From an uncultured Candidatus Saccharibacteria bacterium (lineage in GTDB: Bacteria; Patescibacteriota; Minisyncoccia; RBG-13-40-8-A; JAUWHN01), in assembly GCA_964449235.1 (NCBI GenBank), contig CAYVAX010000001.1, positions 20,814 through 84,813 of the forward strand: DNA of 64,000 nt, given 5' to 3'. The translations under genes were made by a program, and so were the position numbers. A model generated the notes under the pieces. The model saw only the letters and a list, made by a program, of their open reading frames with translations. It ran no database searches and was not told the DNA's origin. Shown here in pieces: positions 55,169-64,000 of this stretch. Each line of letters begins with the position of its first letter. Within the stretch, counting starts at the first letter, position 1.

Positions 55169-55882
55169 TTATTTTTTATTTTTAATTTCTCTTAAAATTC
55201 CCATGGGAGTACTCTCATCGCTTTGCCCTAAGGGATTATCTTTTAATGCTTTGGCTATTATTTTTTTGGTTCTTTTCTTAATTTCTGGACTAGCCCCTAA
55301 TATTCTTACTCCCAAATCATTGGCATCAACAATAACTACCGGACATCCTGTCTTGTTAGCTATCTGTTTGGCTACTTTTTTAGGATTTTTAGGAGCTTTA
55401 CTAGCATATTTATTATATGGAGGAATTGCGTAAGGAACCGGACCATCAACCCCCCTGGCCTGATCCCCGGCAATTTTATAAAAAACTCCTTTAATTTTAA
55501 ATAATTTTGCTAATCCTCCAATGCCAGCTGCTAGAAGTATTCGCAAAGGTCCAACCTCTTCAATCGCTAATTGCATTGTTTCCGGAGACGCTAACCCTAT
55601 TCCTCCGGGATTTTTGTATACATACTTACTTAAAAAAACAGCCATTTTAGACGGTTCTATCTCCTTTACTGGATAAGCGCGTCCTTGATTAATGGCTACA
55701 ATTTTTTCAGCTATAAATAATATGTCTCCCTTTTTAAGTAATTCCTTGGTATATTTTTTAATTAATTCTGTTAAATTTTTATCTTCCAACTTGATCAATT
55801 TGGTTTTAATTGGATAACGGGCAAACTTTTTACCATTAACCTCAATAATTAATTTTTTCTCCGGATTGGGCTTTGTGTTCAT
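55169..55882 (-). CDS. CofE/FbiB-like gamma-glutamyl ligase family protein (annotation class: coenzyme F420-0:L-glutamate ligase-like)
   Basis: ...KKGDILFIAEKIVAINQGRAYPVKEI... and ...GCPVVIVDANDLGVRILG... resemble the CofE signature regions; 237 aa. Confidence 0.4.
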   Translation of the reverse strand: MNTKPNPEKKLIIEVNGKKFARYPIKTKLIKLEDKNLTELIKKYTKELLKKGDILFIAEKIVAINQGRAYPVKEIEPSKMAVFLSKYVYKNPGGIGLASPETMQLAIEEVGPLRILLAAGIGGLAKLFKIKGVFYKIAGDQARGVDGPVPYAIPPYNKYASKAPKNPKKVAKQIANKTGCPVVIVDANDLGVRILGASPEIKKRTKKIIAKALKDNPLGQSDESTPMGILREIKNKK

Positions 55883-55888
55883 AAAACT

Positions 55889-56437
55889 TTAATAATGAAT
55901 AATTACCGGCGTGCCTATGTCCGTCCAGTTATAAACCAGCTCTGCCTCCCCTATTCCCAGCCTCACACAGCCATGAGAAATCGAATGTCCTAAACTCCAA
56001 GCTGATTCTCTAACTCCGTTAATAAATGGAAGCTCGTGAATGCCATTCTCTTGCCCTCCAGCGTTATAAATCCCTATCCAATAAGGCATTGTCCATCTTT
56101 GCCCATAAGTTCCCCCATAAGCCACAGGGAGCTTAGTGAGCGCTAAAAATTCCCCGGTTTTTGTTGGTGTGCTTGACTTTCCTGTGGAAACAAGAAATTC
56201 ACCAACTATTCGTTCGTCTTCCCAGAGAATTAATTTGTGAGTAGATAAATTTATTTCTATTTTCTTAACAATATCTTTTATCTCTGGAAAAACAGAGGGC
56301 TTGGTAGGTTGAATTACAGGAGGGTAGAAATAAGGGTTAGAGGTAATCGGAATTGGAAAAATAAGAACAGTACTTATAAAAACAGCTAAAATAATAGCGC
56401 TAATCCATTCTAATTTCTCAGAACGCCTTTTTGTCAT
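55889..56437 (-). CDS. L,D-transpeptidase (YkuD domain)
   Basis: N-terminal TM helix; catalytic ...GHSISHGCVRLG... Confidence 0.75.
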   Translation of the reverse strand: MTKRRSEKLEWISAIILAVFISTVLIFPIPITSNPYFYPPVIQPTKPSVFPEIKDIVKKIEINLSTHKLILWEDERIVGEFLVSTGKSSTPTKTGEFLALTKLPVAYGGTYGQRWTMPYWIGIYNAGGQENGIHELPFINGVRESAWSLGHSISHGCVRLGIGEAELVYNWTDIGTPVIIHY

Positions 56438-56438
56438 A

Positions 56439-57680
56439 TTACAAATAATCCATTGGATTTAATGTTGCTCCTGTAGGCACTAATCCGCAAGATCCGACTC
56501 GTTTTAAATAAAAAGTGTTAGAAGCATAAACTCCAAAATGTAAATGACTTCCTGAAGAATATCCCGAGCTCCCTTCATAGCCGACAATATCACCTGTGCT
56601 CACCTTGTCTCCTATGCTGTATTTACCGTAAGCAGATAAGTGAGCATATAAAGTGGTTAAATTATTTCCGTGTTTTACAGCAATCCAGCGCCCATATGAA
56701 CCGCCAAGGCAATAATTATCTGTATTTCCTATAGCCCTTACTTCCCCGTCGCTAGCCGCTCTAATTGGCGCTCCGTATCCAGCAGCAATGTCTATGCCAT
56801 TATGAAAGCCGCTTTTATATAACTGCCTACTCCAGGGGGTAACTCCGTACCCTTGAGTCAAAATGCCTTCATGGGGCCAAGAAAGAACTCCTGAGCGAGG
56901 ACTGGGAACACTTTCAGGATCAAGGGTTAATCGCAGCTCTTCTTCAATTTTAAATATTTCTTCTCTAATTTGACGCTGTTTTTCTTCAAGCTCGCTTAAC
57001 AAGCTTTGGTAGTGTCTTTCCTCTCCTCTGGTCTGTTGTAAAAGATAGCTTTTTTGAGACCTTTGCCTGCCCTCAATCTGTTTCTGGCTATAAAGCTGGG
57101 CATTATACTCCTCAAGATCTTTCTTTTTTGCTTCCAGGTCTGCCTTTTTTTCTTGTAGAACTGCCTTTAGAGCTTTCAGAGATTCTAGATTTTTTTGAAG
57201 ATTTTTTTGAAGCAATTTAATGTATTGAACTTGGTTGAGAAAATCTGAAAGGCGTTCGTTTTCTAAAACCATTTCTAACAAGCTCCGTTTGTCATATTCA
57301 TAAATAGTTCGAATGGTTCCGGCAATACTTTGCTTGTTTTTTTCAATCTCTTTTTCTTTTTCATATATTCCTAAATTCAGTTCTTGGATTTGGAAACTGG
57401 TAGCATCAATTTTGGCAGAAGTGAGATTAATTGCATTCTGTAATTTTCCAATTCGACCCTCAATTATTGATAGCTGACTCTGAAGAGTGTTTTTCTCTTG
57501 CTGCGCTACATACAATCCTTGTTCATATTCTTCAGCTCGTGCTTCTAATTGCTGAATTTCTGCTTCTTTTTCCTTAATTTTAGTCCTTAGATCATCGAGT
57601 GTTCCTGCCTGACTTTTTTGCACAGGCAAAAAAATTAAACTAAGGCATATAATACAAATAATTACTATTGTTTTTTTCAT
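56439..57680 (-). CDS. M23 family peptidase with long N-terminal coiled coil (EnvC-like)
   Basis: Signal peptide; ~230-aa coiled coil; ...HNGIDIAAGYGAPIRAASDGEV...LYAHLS...GSSGYSSGSHLHFGVY. Confidence 0.8.
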   Translation of the reverse strand: MKKTIVIICIICLSLIFLPVQKSQAGTLDDLRTKIKEKEAEIQQLEARAEEYEQGLYVAQQEKNTLQSQLSIIEGRIGKLQNAINLTSAKIDATSFQIQELNLGIYEKEKEIEKNKQSIAGTIRTIYEYDKRSLLEMVLENERLSDFLNQVQYIKLLQKNLQKNLESLKALKAVLQEKKADLEAKKKDLEEYNAQLYSQKQIEGRQRSQKSYLLQQTRGEERHYQSLLSELEEKQRQIREEIFKIEEELRLTLDPESVPSPRSGVLSWPHEGILTQGYGVTPWSRQLYKSGFHNGIDIAAGYGAPIRAASDGEVRAIGNTDNYCLGGSYGRWIAVKHGNNLTTLYAHLSAYGKYSIGDKVSTGDIVGYEGSSGYSSGSHLHFGVYASNTFYLKRVGSCGLVPTGATLNPMDYL

Positions 57681-59203
57681 TTTAACAATGTTTGAGCATA
57701 ATTAACTCTAGCCAAACTTTCTTCTTTTCCTAAAATGTCAGCAATTTCAAAGGGTCCGGGAGAAGCCTTTTTCCCTGACAAAGCAACTCTTAATGGCCAA
57801 AGAAGTTTTCCCCTATCCCCTATTTTTTCTGCTTCTGGCATCAATCTTGCTTTTAGTTGTTTAGTAGTAAATTCACTTTCTTTAATTTTAGACAAGATTT
57901 TTTCTAATTTGTCAAGAACTTCTGTAAGTTGTTTTTTTGACATCTGTTTCCATGTTAATAATTCTGGTTTGTAGTCGGGCTGCCTAAAGAAAAACTTAGT
58001 TAACTCTCCTATTTCAGAAAGCTTTTTTATCCTTGTTTGTTCCAGGGCAATAATTTTTTTAATTTTTTCAACTTCAATTCCTTTTTTTGTCTGGGTGTTA
58101 ATAAATTTTTGCTCAATATAATATCCTCCATAAGCCGGAGGGTATTGTTCATTTTTAAACTCCGGTGCTATTATCTCGCTTTTTACTAAGTACGGCAGAC
58201 ATAACTTTGTAAGCTTATCAATTGAAAGCTGCCTGATATAGTAACCGTTGAACCAATCTAATTTTTCAATATTAAATATCGCTCCTCCTTTTTGAACTTT
58301 GTCTAGAGAAAATTTCTTGATTAACTCTGTCATCGAAAAAATCTCTTCTTCTTGCTTGCTGCGATTATCTGGTCCCTGGGCAGACCAGCCTAAAAGAGCC
58401 ATAAAATTAATCATTGCTTGCGGCAAATATCCCTGCTGTTTATACTCAGCAATAGAAACTGATCCATGACGCTTGCTAAGTTTAGTCTTGTCCGGTCCTA
58501 AAATCAAAGGCAGATGAGCAAATTCCGGAACTGGTATTCCTAATGCCTTGTAAAGTAAAATCTGTTTAGGGGTATTGGAAATATGATCTTCTCCCCTAAT
58601 TACATGACTGATTTTCATTTCATAATCATCAACAACTACTGCAAAATTATACAACGGAGTTTGTAAGTCTTTAGCTATAGAAAAATCCCCTAATAAGCTG
58701 CAATCAAATTCTATTTTTCCCCGAATTAAATCATTAAACACAATTTTATTTTTGTCCGGTCTAAATCTTAAAATTCCCTTCTGTTTATTTTTACCAGGGG
58801 GTTGTTTGTTAAAATGATTACAAATATGCACTGGGGGCTGTTTTCTTTTTAGTTTTTCTTTTCGTTCTTCCTCTAGTTCTTTTTCACTGTGATAACAATA
58901 GAATGCTTGTCTGGAGTTTAAAAGTTTTTTTAAATATTTAGCGTATGTTTTGGTACGCTCGCTTTGTTTATAAAATTCATCCCATTTAATTCCTAGCCAG
59001 CTAAGACCGTCGATAATGTCTTTTTCGTATTTAGGATCAGAACGTTTTAAATCAGTATCTTCAATGCGTAAAATAAATTTTCCCTTATGGTGGTTTGCAA
59101 ATAAATAGTTGAATAAGGCTGGTCGTGCTGTTCCAACATGCAGCAATCCAGTAGGAGAAGGGGCAATTCTTACTCGTGGTTTTTTATTAATTTTTATTGG
59201 CAT
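57677..59203 (-). CDS. gltX: Glutamyl-tRNA synthetase
   Basis: ...VRIAPSPTGLLHVGTARPALFNYLFA... (HIGH-class), ...KLSKRHG (KMSKS); 508 aa. Confidence 0.85.
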   Translation of the reverse strand: MPIKINKKPRVRIAPSPTGLLHVGTARPALFNYLFANHHKGKFILRIEDTDLKRSDPKYEKDIIDGLSWLGIKWDEFYKQSERTKTYAKYLKKLLNSRQAFYCYHSEKELEEERKEKLKRKQPPVHICNHFNKQPPGKNKQKGILRFRPDKNKIVFNDLIRGKIEFDCSLLGDFSIAKDLQTPLYNFAVVVDDYEMKISHVIRGEDHISNTPKQILLYKALGIPVPEFAHLPLILGPDKTKLSKRHGSVSIAEYKQQGYLPQAMINFMALLGWSAQGPDNRSKQEEEIFSMTELIKKFSLDKVQKGGAIFNIEKLDWFNGYYIRQLSIDKLTKLCLPYLVKSEIIAPEFKNEQYPPAYGGYYIEQKFINTQTKKGIEVEKIKKIIALEQTRIKKLSEIGELTKFFFRQPDYKPELLTWKQMSKKQLTEVLDKLEKILSKIKESEFTTKQLKARLMPEAEKIGDRGKLLWPLRVALSGKKASPGPFEIADILGKEESLARVNYAQTLLK

Positions 59204-60309
59204 AATTTTAAAATTTCCTCAGCAATTTTTTGATTATTATCGGACTTATAAAACGACTTCGCCTTGTCTCCCATCTCTTGCGCTTTTTGAGGATTATCGG
59301 CAATCTCAAAGATGTTGCTCAAAAATAAATTCATGGTTAGGTTGTTCTCTTCAAGGGCAACTGCCCCTCCAAGACTGGTTAAAGCCTGGGCATTTTTAGC
59401 TTGGTGGTTAGAAGCGGAATTAGACAGAGGAATAAGGATGCTGGGCTTGCCAACAGCAGCGATTTCAAAAATTCCTCCTGCCCCTGCACGACTAATTATT
59501 AAGTCGCTAACAGCGTAAGCGTGTTTTAATTTTTCCTGGCTTAAAAAAGGATAAATATGGTAGCTTCCCTTCCTGTTCGGTCCAGAACTGTGTAATAATT
59601 TTTCTTTTTCTTGTTGAATAAATTTAAAATTGTTTTTTCCGCAAATATGAATCAGTTCATATTTTTCCAACAATCGAGGCAGAGTATTTAATACCAATTG
59701 ATTTATTCTTCTTGCGCCCTGAGATCCTCCCATAATTAAAATCACTGGCTTTTCTGAAATTAAATTAAATATCTTTCTAGCTTTTTCTTTATCTCCGTCA
59801 AGCAATTCTTTTCTTACAGGGTTTCCTAAAACAGTTGTCTTTTTTTTAGGAAAATAATCAGTCGCCTCTGAAAAAGACACTATAACTTTCCTAGCAAAGC
59901 GAGCTAGCAATTTATTGGACAATCCCGGAACACTGTCAGATTCATGAATGATAACTGGAATTCTATATAACCAGCTGGCAAGTACTACTGGAAAACTTCC
60001 ATAGCCGCCCTTAGAAAATACCACATCGGGCATTATTTGAAATAAATGCCATAGGGACTGAATAAAACCAATAGGAATTTTCAATAAATCAATAAAATTG
60101 GCTAAGCTAAAATATCTGCGAAATTTTCCAGCTAAAATGAATTTGGCTTGTAATTCTTCTTTTTTAAAAGCGGTTTTGGCAAAACTATCTGGACCTAAAT
60201 AGAAAAACCTTATCTGATGATTATCAATTGTTTTTTCAACTTCAGATTTAATTGCAATAATTGGATATACATGGCCACCAGTGCCACCGCCGGTAAATAG
60301 AATTTTCAT
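59194..60309 (-). CDS. murG: Lipid II synthase MurG (undecaprenyldiphospho-muramoylpentapeptide beta-N-acetylglucosaminyltransferase)
   Basis: MKILFTGGGTGGHVYPIIAI... GT-B fold, 371 aa, adjacent to ftsW. Confidence 0.85.
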   Translation of the reverse strand: MKILFTGGGTGGHVYPIIAIKSEVEKTIDNHQIRFFYLGPDSFAKTAFKKEELQAKFILAGKFRRYFSLANFIDLLKIPIGFIQSLWHLFQIMPDVVFSKGGYGSFPVVLASWLYRIPVIIHESDSVPGLSNKLLARFARKVIVSFSEATDYFPKKKTTVLGNPVRKELLDGDKEKARKIFNLISEKPVILIMGGSQGARRINQLVLNTLPRLLEKYELIHICGKNNFKFIQQEKEKLLHSSGPNRKGSYHIYPFLSQEKLKHAYAVSDLIISRAGAGGIFEIAAVGKPSILIPLSNSASNHQAKNAQALTSLGGAVALEENNLTMNLFLSNIFEIADNPQKAQEMGDKAKSFYKSDNNQKIAEEILKLCQ

Positions 60310-61427
60310 GTTTTTGTATATTTAGATATGTTAATTAATATTCCCATTCCTATTAAGGACATTATCATTGAAGATGCCCCATAACTTATAAACGGTAATG
60401 TAATTCCCGTTAATGGAATAAGCCCAACAATAGCTCCGACATTTACAAACGCCTGAATTATAATCCAAAAAGTAATTCCTGCTGCCGTCAATCCAGCAAA
60501 TTTATCCGGACTATTTTTAGCTATTCTTAATCCTCTTACCGCTAGTCCTAAAAACAACATAATCAAGATTGTTGCCCCCACAAAACCTAATTCCTCAGCA
60601 GTAATCGCAAAAACCGAATCACTAGCTGGTGAAGGCAGATAATTATATTTCTGCCTGCTATGCCCCCATCCTAGCCCAAATAAACCGCCTGAACCTACAG
60701 CTAATAATGCCTGCCTTATTTGATAGCCAATGCCCAGGGGGTCAATTTCAGGATTAAGAAATGCTAAGAGCCTATTCATTCGGTATGGAGCCAGCTTAAT
60801 TAATACAAATAAGGCCGCTATTCCTGCTAGCCCAATACTTAAAACATGCATAAACCGTGCACCAGCTAAAAAGAAAACTGCAATTGCAATTGCCGCTATT
60901 ACCACCAGAGTCCCGATATCAGGTTGAGCAATAATAAGTACTCCGATTGCTGTTAACATTAGCAAAAAAGGAAGCGCGCTGTAAGAAAACGTTTTTATTT
61001 CCGATCCCTTTTTTTCTAACCAGGCAGCTAAATATATTATTAATCCTAATTTAAGCACTTCTGAAGGTTGAAATGTAAATATTTTTAAATCTATCCAGCG
61101 TTTTGCTCCCCCATAGCCAAATCCTAGATTGGGTATAAATATTAAAATCAAACAAGATATTGCGATAAATAAAATAGCTAAAGCCCACTTTTTCCAAAAC
61201 CGATAATTAGTTTTGGAAACAATAAAACAACACAATAACCCCACACCAACCCCATAAAAGAGTTGATGAAAAAAATAATAATATGGCTTGCCATAATGCT
61301 CTCGTGATACTTCTGTAGACGCGCTGGCTAAAATCAACAGGCCCATTCCAAGAATACAAAACAAAATAACAATCAAAGTCTTATCCGGCTGATGAGCTTT
61401 TATTGGTTTTTTAATTTTTCTACCCAT
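60306..61427 (-). CDS. ftsW: SEDS-family peptidoglycan glycosyltransferase FtsW/RodA
   Basis: 10-TM profile, 373 aa, located between murD and murG. Confidence 0.8.
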   Translation of the reverse strand: MGRKIKKPIKAHQPDKTLIVILFCILGMGLLILASASTEVSREHYGKPYYYFFHQLFYGVGVGLLCCFIVSKTNYRFWKKWALAILFIAISCLILIFIPNLGFGYGGAKRWIDLKIFTFQPSEVLKLGLIIYLAAWLEKKGSEIKTFSYSALPFLLMLTAIGVLIIAQPDIGTLVVIAAIAIAVFFLAGARFMHVLSIGLAGIAALFVLIKLAPYRMNRLLAFLNPEIDPLGIGYQIRQALLAVGSGGLFGLGWGHSRQKYNYLPSPASDSVFAITAEELGFVGATILIMLFLGLAVRGLRIAKNSPDKFAGLTAAGITFWIIIQAFVNVGAIVGLIPLTGITLPFISYGASSMIMSLIGMGILINISKYTKT

Positions 61428-62749
61428 AATTTAAATTTTTTTCCACGATCAAATTCATGTTTAAATAATCCAAAACTTGCGCAACCAGGAGAAAGAAGCA
61501 CTATATCTCCTTTTTTAGCGTGTTTACTGGCTTTTTCAACCGCTTTTTCCATATTACCTACTTCTATGGTCTGCTGTTTGTTTACTTCCTTTTTAATTTT
61601 AGTCGTAGCTGTCCCCGGAAGAAGAATTAAAAATTTGGTTTTTTTATTTACCTCTCTAATTAATTCTTCAAAATTTAAATTTTTGTCAGCCCCTCCAGCG
61701 ATTAGAATAATATTTTGGCCTTGCTTTGATTTAGTATTCAGGCAAGATAATGATTTTAGAGCTTCTATAGTTGCTTCTGGAATTGTAGCCGTGGTATCGT
61801 TATAATATTTTACTCCTCTGATTTCTCCTATAAACTCCATCCTCCCCTCTAATCCCTTAAACCTCTTAAGGGTTTTCTTAATTGAGATATCAGGTATTTT
61901 AAATATTTTAGCAACAAGAATAGCGGCTGAAATATTATATAAATTATGCTCCCCAATTAATTGAATATTATTTACGTACTCCCCTGCTTGCTTCTTGGAA
62001 AACAATATCGACCTTGCCTTGGACTGATTGGTAAATTGCCGAACAATATTATCATCCTTGTTTAATATTAAAAAATCTTTTGCTGTCTGAAATTTAAAAA
62101 TATTCTTTTTGGCTTGGATATAATCTTCCATGCCCTGATGACGATTTAAGTGATCGGGTATTATATTCGTCACAACCGCTATATGAGGACTTTTCTTGTA
62201 CAACCCCAGATCTTCCAGCTGCCAACTAGACATTTCTAGAACTACGACTGTATTGTTGTCAACTTTTGAAAGTATTTCTAAGGCCGAAACTCGAATATTA
62301 CCGGCTAATACTGTATTATATTTAGTTTTAAGCAACTTTGTAATTAAGGTGGCAATTGTAGACTTCCCCTTAGTGCCGGTTACGCCAATAATTTTTTTCG
62401 AAGGACAGAGTTTGAAAAATAATCCGATGTCTGTCTCTATGGAAGCTCCGCTCTTTTCAGCTATTTTCAAATATTCTGAATTTCTGGGTACTCCTGGATT
62501 TTTAATAATCAAATCAGCATTTTTAAAATCCCTTATCCGATGTTTTCCTAAAACATATTCTATGTTTTCAAATTCTTTTAACTTGTTTAGGGATTTTTTA
62601 AGATCCTTTCTGTTTTTCTTGTCAGTTACTAAAACCCTTGAGCCTTGTTTTGCAAAAAACTTTGTTGCACCTACTCCTCCGCCGTGCAACCCTAGACCCA
62701 TGATCACTACTTTCTTATTTTGAAAATTTTGCCTCATTAAAATATCCAA
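61400..62749 (-). CDS. murD: UDP-N-acetylmuramoylalanine--D-glutamate ligase MurD
   Basis: ...KVVIMGLGLHGGGVGATKFFAKQG... (Rossmann N-domain), ...IGVTGTKGKSTIATL... (P-loop); 449 aa. Confidence 0.8.
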   Translation of the reverse strand: MDILMRQNFQNKKVVIMGLGLHGGGVGATKFFAKQGSRVLVTDKKNRKDLKKSLNKLKEFENIEYVLGKHRIRDFKNADLIIKNPGVPRNSEYLKIAEKSGASIETDIGLFFKLCPSKKIIGVTGTKGKSTIATLITKLLKTKYNTVLAGNIRVSALEILSKVDNNTVVVLEMSSWQLEDLGLYKKSPHIAVVTNIIPDHLNRHQGMEDYIQAKKNIFKFQTAKDFLILNKDDNIVRQFTNQSKARSILFSKKQAGEYVNNIQLIGEHNLYNISAAILVAKIFKIPDISIKKTLKRFKGLEGRMEFIGEIRGVKYYNDTTATIPEATIEALKSLSCLNTKSKQGQNIILIAGGADKNLNFEELIREVNKKTKFLILLPGTATTKIKKEVNKQQTIEVGNMEKAVEKASKHAKKGDIVLLSPGCASFGLFKHEFDRGKKFKLWVEKLKNQ

Positions 62750-62767
62750 AAATTCCGTTACAACTCT

Positions 62768-64000
62768 TTAGCTTTTTCGCAATACCCTTCCGTTCATTTT
62801 TTCAATCTGTCTGCCTTTTTTTATTGCCAGCTCTCCATTAACAATCACGTATTCAATCCCTTGAGGGTATCTAAATGGATTTTCAAAATTGGCTTTGTCA
62901 ATAATTGTTTTAGGATTCAGAATGGTTACGTCCGCAAAATTTCCCTTCTTTAGCTCGCCCCTGTTATGTAAGCCAATTTTTTCAGCCGGTCCTTTAGTCA
63001 TTTTGTAAACAGCTTTTTCCCAGCTCATCAATTTTTCTTCTCTTACGTATTTACCTAAAACCCGGGGGAAAGTTCCAAAACAACGCGGGTGAACCAATTC
63101 TTTTCTTCGCTTGTAATAATTAATATCATATCCAGATCCGTCAGAAGCAATAAATCCTAATGGATGCTTTAGAGCTATTTTAACATTCTCCTCATTAAGA
63201 GTTTCGAAAAAAGTAATAACCCTTCCTTCGGAGGCAATAAGAATATTAATGATCGCTTCTTCTACGGATATATTTTGAGTTTGGGCAATTTCAGTAATTT
63301 TTTTACCAATAAAGGTTTTGTCTGCCGGGGAAATAGCTACTGTAACTTTGTCGTATTCATACGGCTGAGTTTCCTGCATTTCTTTAATAACTTTTTGTTT
63401 CACAGTAGGATCTTTTAGTCGTTTAATCAGCATCTGCTTTCCGCCTTCAGCTACCCAATCTGGCAAAAGGATGTACAGCACAGAGCCGGTTTTGTCGTAA
63501 GGATAAGCATCAAAATTTAAATTTATTCCCTGTTTAGCTGCTTTTTCAATCATTTGAATAACTTTTGAGAAATTGGGCCAATTTTTCTTGCCCATCGCCT
63601 TAAGATGAGAAATTTCTGCAGAGATTTTAGATTTGCGAGCTATTGTAATTGTCTCCTTAATTGCCGGAATCAATTCTTCAGCTTCTCCCCGGATATGACT
63701 GGTATACACACCGCCTGCCTTTTTAGCAACTTTAGCTAGTTTAATAATCTCTTCTGTGGAAGCTACTTTGGCATGACTATAAGCTAGTCCAGTTGATAAT
63801 CCAAACGCTCCTTGGGATAAGCCCTCTTTTAACATCTTCTCCATGGTTTTCATCTCTTTTGGTTTTAATTTTCTGAACTCTTCGCCAATAAGTCCCCTTC
63901 TTAAAGTGGAATGTCCTATTAAAGTAGCAAAGTTTATTCCTAGTTTTTTCTTTTCTAAAGTGCTTAAGAACTCCTCCATGCTTAACCAATTTACATTTAC
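62768..64000 (-). CDS. Amidohydrolase-superfamily protein (N-acyl-D-amino-acid deacylase-like); 5' end lies beyond the window
   Basis: ...GLSTGLAYSHAKVASTEEIIKLAKVAKKAGGVYTSHIRGEAEELIPAIKETITIARKSKISAEISHLKA... pattern. The frame is still open at nt 64000. Confidence 0.45.
   Translation of the reverse strand, partial: VNVNWLSMEEFLSTLEKKKLGINFATLIGHSTLRRGLIGEEFRKLKPKEMKTMEKMLKEGLSQGAFGLSTGLAYSHAKVASTEEIIKLAKVAKKAGGVYTSHIRGEAEELIPAIKETITIARKSKISAEISHLKAMGKKNWPNFSKVIQMIEKAAKQGINLNFDAYPYDKTGSVLYILLPDWVAEGGKQMLIKRLKDPTVKQKVIKEMQETQPYEYDKVTVAISPADKTFIGKKITEIAQTQNISVEEAIINILIASEGRVITFFETLNEENVKIALKHPLGFIASDGSGYDINYYKRRKELVHPRCFGTFPRVLGKYVREEKLMSWEKAVYKMTKGPAEKIGLHNRGELKKGNFADVTILNPKTIIDKANFENPFRYPQGIEYVIVNGELAIKKGRQIEKMNGRVLRKS

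Noticed and set aside
55155-55433. 92-aa + strand ORF overlapping the cofE-like gene
   Set aside because: Hydrophobic low-information product antisense to a gene with recognisable family motifs.

Overview
This 64-kb window is AT-rich and tightly packed on both strands. Most of it is housekeeping. That includes a split dcw cell-wall cluster (mraZ-rsmH-ftsL-ftsI-murF at 24.6-29.5 kb on the + strand; murD-ftsW-murG at 59.2-62.7 kb on the - strand). It includes a heat-shock locus (hrcA-grpE-dnaK ... dnaJ) preceded by a consensus sigma70 promoter and a CIRCE-like operator. It also includes ribosomal proteins (L10, L7/L12, L21, L9, L27), aminoacyl-tRNA synthetases (AspRS-like, CysRS, GluRS), FolD, GreA, PyrG, Pcm, MltG, RmuC, CorA, a P-type ATPase/CaCA exchanger pair, and two tRNAs (Val-CAC, Glu-CTC). 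The K/E-rich low-complexity tails on ribosomal and other proteins, the minimal intergenic spacing and the split dcw cluster fit a streamlined (possibly CPR/Patescibacteria-like) genome, but that affiliation is inference only. No rRNA and no CRISPR array were found. Standard genetic code: TGA is used as a stop. Three accessory patches stand out. (1) 4.3-8.5 kb, bounded by intrinsic terminators: a 781-aa protein with a basic N-terminus and a C-terminal metallophosphoesterase-like domain (GNHD), then a translationally coupled (TAATG) HNH-like small protein plus an orphan ClpB-D2-like AAA+ ATPase. (2) 10.4-16.7 kb: a cell-surface cluster immediately downstream of a (GA)22 microsatellite. It encodes two paralogous secreted Thr/Ser/Asp-rich proteins, a C-terminally anchored beta-sandwich protein, a secreted Cys-rich-repeat protein ending in a dockerin-like module, and a 937-aa polytopic scaffold with two cohesin-like modules. 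This adjacent cohesin-dockerin pairing is the strongest candidate for an undescribed surface or attachment system here. (3) 50.9-55.2 kb: a PD-(D/E)XK/Cas4-like nuclease, a clan GH-A-like lipoprotein, a secreted beta-rich protein and a tyrosine recombinase, next to an intergenic region with a 9-bp inverted repeat. Other oddities: a membrane-anchored ClpB/ClpC-like protein with a degenerate D1 ATPase; a histone-H1-like basic-tail protein; an sHSP (Hsp20) C-terminal relic in frame right after the grpE stop; a ddl/tRNA-Glu overlap; candidate MraZ operator repeats; and a GC-rich structured element between rsmH and ftsL. All calls come from reading the sequence and translated ORFs. No database searches were run.
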